Of a stretch of DNA of 64,000 bases, positions 59,858 to 64,000 are shown piece after piece. Numbering within the stretch: the first letter of the stretch is position 1; each line of letters opens with the position of its first letter. Location: the NCBI GenBank assembly GCA_025558095.1, contig JAIVFI010000003.1, positions 1,090,632-1,154,631 of the forward strand. Direction: 5' to 3'. The stretch is from Hyaloraphidium curvatum SAG 235-1. Its lineage: Eukaryota > Fungi > Monoblepharomycota. Made by a program: the position numbers and the translations under genes. Below the pieces are notes generated by a model. The model was not told the DNA's origin, ran no database searches, and was given only the letters and a program-made list of their open reading frames with translations.

Positions 59858-61096
59858 TCAGCCGAGCGGCACCGGGTTGATCGGCGGTTCCCCCCTCGCG
59901 GCCGCCAACACCTCCCTCGCCACGCCCTCCGCTGTCCTGGGCAGCGTGCCCTCGCCCGACCACGCCACGTGCGGCGTCATCCATACCCGGTCGGGGTGGT
60001 ATTTCCACAGCGGGGAGTAGGTCGACGGGGGCTCGTCGGGGTCGTGCACGTCCAGGGCGGCGCCGGAGATGTTGGAAGAGTCGAGGGCGCGGAGGAGGGC
60101 GGGCGTGGAGATGAGCGCGCCGCGGCTAGAGGGAAAAAGGTCAGCGGGAGAGGAAGGACCCGGAAAACGGGTCGGACGTACCCAACGTTGATGACGTATG
60201 CCCCCTTTTTGAGCATCCCCAGCACGGCGTCGTCCACCACCTCCCGCGTGCCCTCGGTCAGTGGCGCAGCGCACACCAGAAAGTCCACCTCCCCGAGCAC
60301 CTCGGGCACCTTCCAATCTCGGTCCCCAAACACATTTTCGACGTGCGGCACCGCCCCGGGCGTCTGCTTCGAGCCCCACACCCGCATCCCGAATCCGGCG
60401 GCGCACCGCCGCGCGACCTCGGCGCCGATGCTCCCCAGCCCGATCACAAAGACGGTGCGGCCGAGGAGCTCGGACATTTCCATCTGGCGGGACTTGCCCT
60501 TCCAGAAGTCGGTGCGCTCGCGGACGTCGAGGGGTTCGGGAGAATAGGGGTCGGGGGCGGGGCCGGAGGGGTCGGGGGCGGGGAGGGAGAGGTAGTGCCG
60601 CGCGAGCTTGGCCTTGGCGAGCATGAACTTTGGGCGCAGAAGGTGTGCCGGTTAGCAGTTCGTCCAGGAGCGCGTGTCGTCCCCGCACCATTAGGACGAA
60701 CTCGGCGATGGGCGCCGCGTTGGCGCCCCTCGCATTCGTCAAAATGACGTCCCTCTGGTTCCCCTTTCGCAGATAATTGGCGGTCATGACGTGTTCGAGG
60801 CCGACCTGCGCGATGTGCACGCGGCGGACGTGCGGGAACGCGTCCAGAACCGCATCGACCGTCTCGGCGGGCCGCACGTTGGCCGACCCGGAAAAGGGCC
60901 CCACAAACAGCTGCGCCTTATCGGCGAGCTCGCGCTGCGAGTCGTCTTCCAGGGAGACGCGCGGCGGGCCGTGCGACGGATAGTCCACTTTGAGCACGAC
61001 GGGCAGCACGCCGCGGGGCGTGCCGGTCGCGCCGAACAGCACGCGGCCCACGATCGGCAGGCAGAGGAACGGGATGCGCGTCTCGGCGGCGGCCAT
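59858..61096 (-). CDS. D-isomer-specific 2-hydroxyacid dehydrogenase
   Basis: LTNARGANAAPIAEF, VIGLGSIG, APLTEGT, INV|RG, GAALDVH and MTPHVAW; two introns. Confidence 0.92.
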   Translation of the reverse strand: MAAAETRIPFLCLPIVGRVLFGATGTPRGVLPVVLKVDYPSHGPPRVSLEDDSQRELADKAQLFVGPFSGSANVRPAETVDAVLDAFPHVRRVHIAQVGLEHVMTANYLRKGNQRDVILTNARGANAAPIAEFVLMVRGRHALLDELLTGTPSAPKVHARQGQARAALPLPPRPRPLRPRPRPLFSRTPRRPRAHRLLEGQVPPDGNVRAPRPHRLCDRAGEHRRRGRAAVRRRIRDAGVGLEADARGGAARRKCVWGPRLEGARGARGGGLSGVRCATDRGHAGGGGRRRAGDAQKGGIRHQRWVRPTRFPGPSSPADLFPSSRGALISTPALLRALDSSNISGAALDVHDPDEPPSTYSPLWKYHPDRVWMTPHVAWSGEGTLPRTAEGVAREVLAAARGEPPINPVPLG

Positions 61097-61488
61097 CGCG
61101 CGGGATGCGGGGAGGTTTCGGGCGAGCGGTTGGGAGTCGGGCCGATCGAAGATCGCGCCACGTACCGGCACGGGCAGGATCCTGCCTCAAGGTCGCTACC
61201 GGACTAGGACCCCGAATGCATTTCTATCGGATGGTTTGATGGTGAACAGGTTCAAGGAGGCCTGTACTCGGTAGCTCGGTGGACATCTAACCTCTCCCCT
61301 CTTTCCCCGAATATGGCGTGACGTGATGTATCAGGGTTGGGGGGCGCGCAACGCCTGTGATACAGATCTGATGAGCGCTCGATGTATTCGGGTGGCTACA
61401 GCGCAGTGCCGAAGCCGGGTCATTTTCCGACGGCCGAGGATCGAGAGGCGGTTCATTCAAGGTCGCGCGCGTCACCCCGCGGCGCGAA

Positions 61489-62724
61489 CTAACCCTGCGT
61501 GCGTGCTGCAGACCGCAGGAGCATCGCCAGCATCTCCCGGGCGTTGGCGCCGTCAGGAACGCGGTACCCGCTCCTGATGAGGTAGCCCCTGCCCTTGTCC
61601 GAGATGATCCGCAGCTGCTCCCCGCGAAGCCGCGTGGCGAGGTCGAAAATGACCAGCGTGAGCCCCGGTTCGGGGACGGGCGGGCGCAAGTCCACGAAAG
61701 GTAGCTCGCGGAGGGCTGTCGGCAGGGATTCCGTGGTCAGCTGTGCGTGGTCCAGCGCCGCACATGACAGGGCGAAGGCGGTGTCCCGGAAAACAAAGTC
61801 CCCGGAAGACGCCCACTCCCTAGCGAATGATGCGATGGCGGTGCTCCACGTTGGCGATGTCCCAATCAAATGCGGCGGAACGCTCTTCAGGAAGTCGATC
61901 ATCTGGCTCGTGCCCCAAAGATTGGCGACCGCCTTGGCCACCAGTGCCACGGTCACCTCGTTTGGAGGCACGGTCATAACACGATAAAGGCGCATGAGCC
62001 CTTGCAGATCCCGCTGCTTCGCGAAATGCCGGAGGGCCTTGTCCCAGTGCTGCACGTTCACCTCGATACCTGCCGAGGCAAGCACCTTCATTGCGTGCTC
62101 CACCACCTCGACCGTCACCTTCGGCCTGAGGATGCCCTCCAGCAGCGCCATCCCAGTCACCGCGGTTGGTTTGTGGCCCGCGCCAGCCATCTCCTTCAGG
62201 GTCTCCCTCGCCAGCTCGAGCCACCCCGTGCGCCCGTAGAAAAGGATAATGATATTGAACATCTCCAGATGCGGCTTCCCCCCCCGTTGCCGCATGCGCT
62301 TGAGGATCGCCTCGCCCGAAACGGCGTCCCTACGATCGCAGGCATCAGCAAGCAAGACGTTGAATGTCGCGGGAAGGGGCGGGATCGAAAACGGCGCGGT
62401 AGCAAAGAGTTCCGAGGTGGCCAGGGCGCACCTGGGGTGCTTCCAAGCGCAGAAGGCTACGACAGCCTCGGTGACACTACGGCCGTCCAAAACGTCCTCC
62501 CGACCCTGCCGAAAGCCAGCGGCAGCGAGCAACAGAAGCTGCACGATCTTCCGCACCGGTGTCGTGGATCCAGAAGGCATAGCGGGGCGGCAGAGGTCGA
62601 GGATGTTGGGCGCCGGGCCGCTCACGATTGCTTCCCGAAGAGCCGAAGCCGGGTCTGGAGCCAGCTCCAAAGCATCCAGATCGCAAGGATCAAGCCACAG
62701 CCCGATCGCGAGGTCCGCCACGCA
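61489..62724 (-). pseudogene. PPR family copy G (5'-truncated by LTR insertion)
   Basis: Near-identical to copy F where they overlap. Starts at CVADLAI directly against the LTR edge at 62725, and has a 13-codon deletion before LDP. Confidence 0.88.
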
Positions 62725-62950
62725 TGTCAGGGACTACGCCACCCTAGAACGTTCTGAGGCTTTCCCGGACTCTTCCTGGCTCCGCCACACGCACCTACGC
62801 CTCACGCTTGCGCGGACCGGACTATATAAACCGATAGATCTTTGCCTGTACAACCCGAACGTTCAGATAGAGTTACAAGCCCCCGTACCCCGTCTACCCG
62901 TCCTCCCGATCCCGCAGGCCAGGACCGGCCTCCCACGGCCTCTCCTGACA
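62725..62950 (+). mobile_element. LTR (226 bp) of a Ty3/gypsy, Tf1/sushi-like retrotransposon
   Basis: Ends TGTCAGG...CCTGACA (7-bp inverted, TG..CA). TATATAAA at 62823-62830. Followed by a PBS-position sequence complementary to the LTR interior and a gag-like start. Confidence 0.82.
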
Positions 62951-62993
62951 TTATCCGAACGTTCACCCCGACACCCGACATCCCGACCCGACC

Positions 62994-63106
62994 ATGGACC
63001 CCAACGAGATGCTCGCCCAGATGGCGACGCAGATCCAACAGCAGCACCAGTTCAACCAGCAGATGCTCGCTGTCGTTCGACAACTCCAAGCCCAGCAGCA
63101 ACCTAG
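62994..63106 (+). pseudogene. Truncated gag-like N-terminus
   Basis: MDPNEMLAQMATQIQQQHQFNQQMLAVVRQLQAQQQPS starts 43 nt after the LTR. A Q-rich coiled start is common in Ty3/gypsy Gag. The sequence changes character after about 63106. Confidence 0.55.
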
Positions 63107-63838
63107 TACCCTGTTGGGCGTAGAAACGGCGTTTCTACGAGTCGCCACAAGTCACCAGCCGGGTGGCGACTCCCAGAAACGGCGTTTCTAGGCGTCACCT
63201 CCGTCCCCCACAGCTGCGGAACGCAACCCTGCCCACAATTCGGCGTAGAAACGGGTCTCCTGGGCACTGCCGACACCGCCAGCTCCGGCGCTATCCACCA
63301 GTAGGCTGCTAGCCCGGGAGAGGGTGTAGTGCGCGGACGCCGGCGAGAAAGGAGCCCGGAGGTCGTGGTCCGCCTGGTGGAGGTCCGTCGCTTCCACGTC
63401 CGCCGGCCGCTCGACCCAAGCGCTGAATACATGCCGCGTGGCGGACTAGCCCGTGGCCGGAGGAGCCGATTCGAGGTCATTTCCCGGAGGGGTGGGCCTG
63501 CCTCGCTTGGAGGGTACCCTCGTCCCGGGACCCCCTCGCGGCGCCGCCGCCCGTTCCCCTGCCCTTCCTCTCCCGACCTTGACCTTCCCGTCAACTCGAC
63601 GCAATAAGCGCCTTTCCAACCATGCGGCGTCGCGGGGTCCCAGGACCATTTGGGCACCGGCGCCGACCCCGTGAAGCGGACCGACATGGCCACGCCCGTG
63701 GCACTCTCCCTCGCCGTCCTGCCGCGCCCTGGCGCGCCCCCCGTGCTTTTTGGATACCAGCGCGTGGGCTCCGGCGGTGGCAGGCGCCCTGACCGGATTG
63801 TGCGCGTGGGACTTCTCCCCGGACCGGCTCCTCGCACT
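63107..63838. other. Telomere-adjacent block with palindromes
   Basis: GTAGAAACG-G-CGTTTCTAC (63120-63138), GAGTCGCCAC...GTGGCGACTC, and further AGAAACGG copies at about 63175 and 63247. No recognisable protein. Confidence 0.5.
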
Positions 63839-64000
63839 TTAGGGTTAGGTTAGGTTAGGTTAGGTTAGGTTAGGTTAGGTTAGGTTAGGTTAGGTTAGGT
63901 TAGGTTAGGTTAGGTTAGGTTAGGTTAGGTTAGGTTAGGTTAGGTTAGGTTAGGTTAGGTTAGGTTAGGTTAGGTTAGGTTAGGTAGGTTAGGTTAGGTA
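63839..64000 (+). repeat. Telomere, (TTAGG)n of about 31 units, preceded by one TTAGGG
   Basis: Terminal pentamer array with the G-rich strand running toward the end; one TAGG variant near 63985. Confidence 0.95.

Noticed and set aside
63103-63191. Helitron 3' end (hairpin plus CTAG)
   Set aside because: In the orientations where a hairpin precedes CTAG, the next base is G rather than the expected T, and no matching 5' end or Rep/helicase was seen.
63103-63837. 244-aa minus-strand ORF next to the telomere, or a Penelope-like element with a hammerhead ribozyme
   Set aside because: No recognisable protein motifs, and no CUGAnGA/GAAA hammerhead core was found by eye.
1-64000. tRNA, rRNA or snRNA genes
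   Set aside because: None recognised by eye. A tRNAscan-SE or Infernal run is needed to exclude them.

Overview
The right-hand terminal 64 kb of a GC-rich eukaryotic chromosome, ending in a (TTAGG)n telomere. Short GT-AG introns with CTGAC-type branch points and a Zn2Cys6 transcription factor point to a fungus. A selenoprotein with a SECIS element points to an early-diverging lineage (a Monoblepharidomycete-like chytrid is an inference, not shown). About 22 ordinary intron-containing genes are present, including GH9, an HMG box protein, a dual-specificity phosphatase, a P450, a USP, a MetE-like protein, CorA, HMT, ALMT-like, RNase Z-like and a 2-hydroxyacid dehydrogenase. Main points of interest: (1) seven dispersed copies of one PPR gene family with putative mitochondrial presequences (2 intact, 5 damaged), which are mosaic, often sit against gene remnants, and vary at the RNA-recognition code positions, like plant restorer-of-fertility-like (RFL) genes; (2) a deiodinase-like selenoprotein with an in-frame TGA and a well-formed type II SECIS, which the ORF track splits in two; (3) an intact CRE/Cnl1/MoTeR-like RLE non-LTR retrotransposon; (4) a truncated, apparently self-priming (Tf1-type) LTR retrotransposon, followed by a hairpin-rich subtelomeric block and a 5-bp TTAGG telomere repeat. 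Exon boundaries were read by eye, and family calls come from recognised motifs, not database searches.
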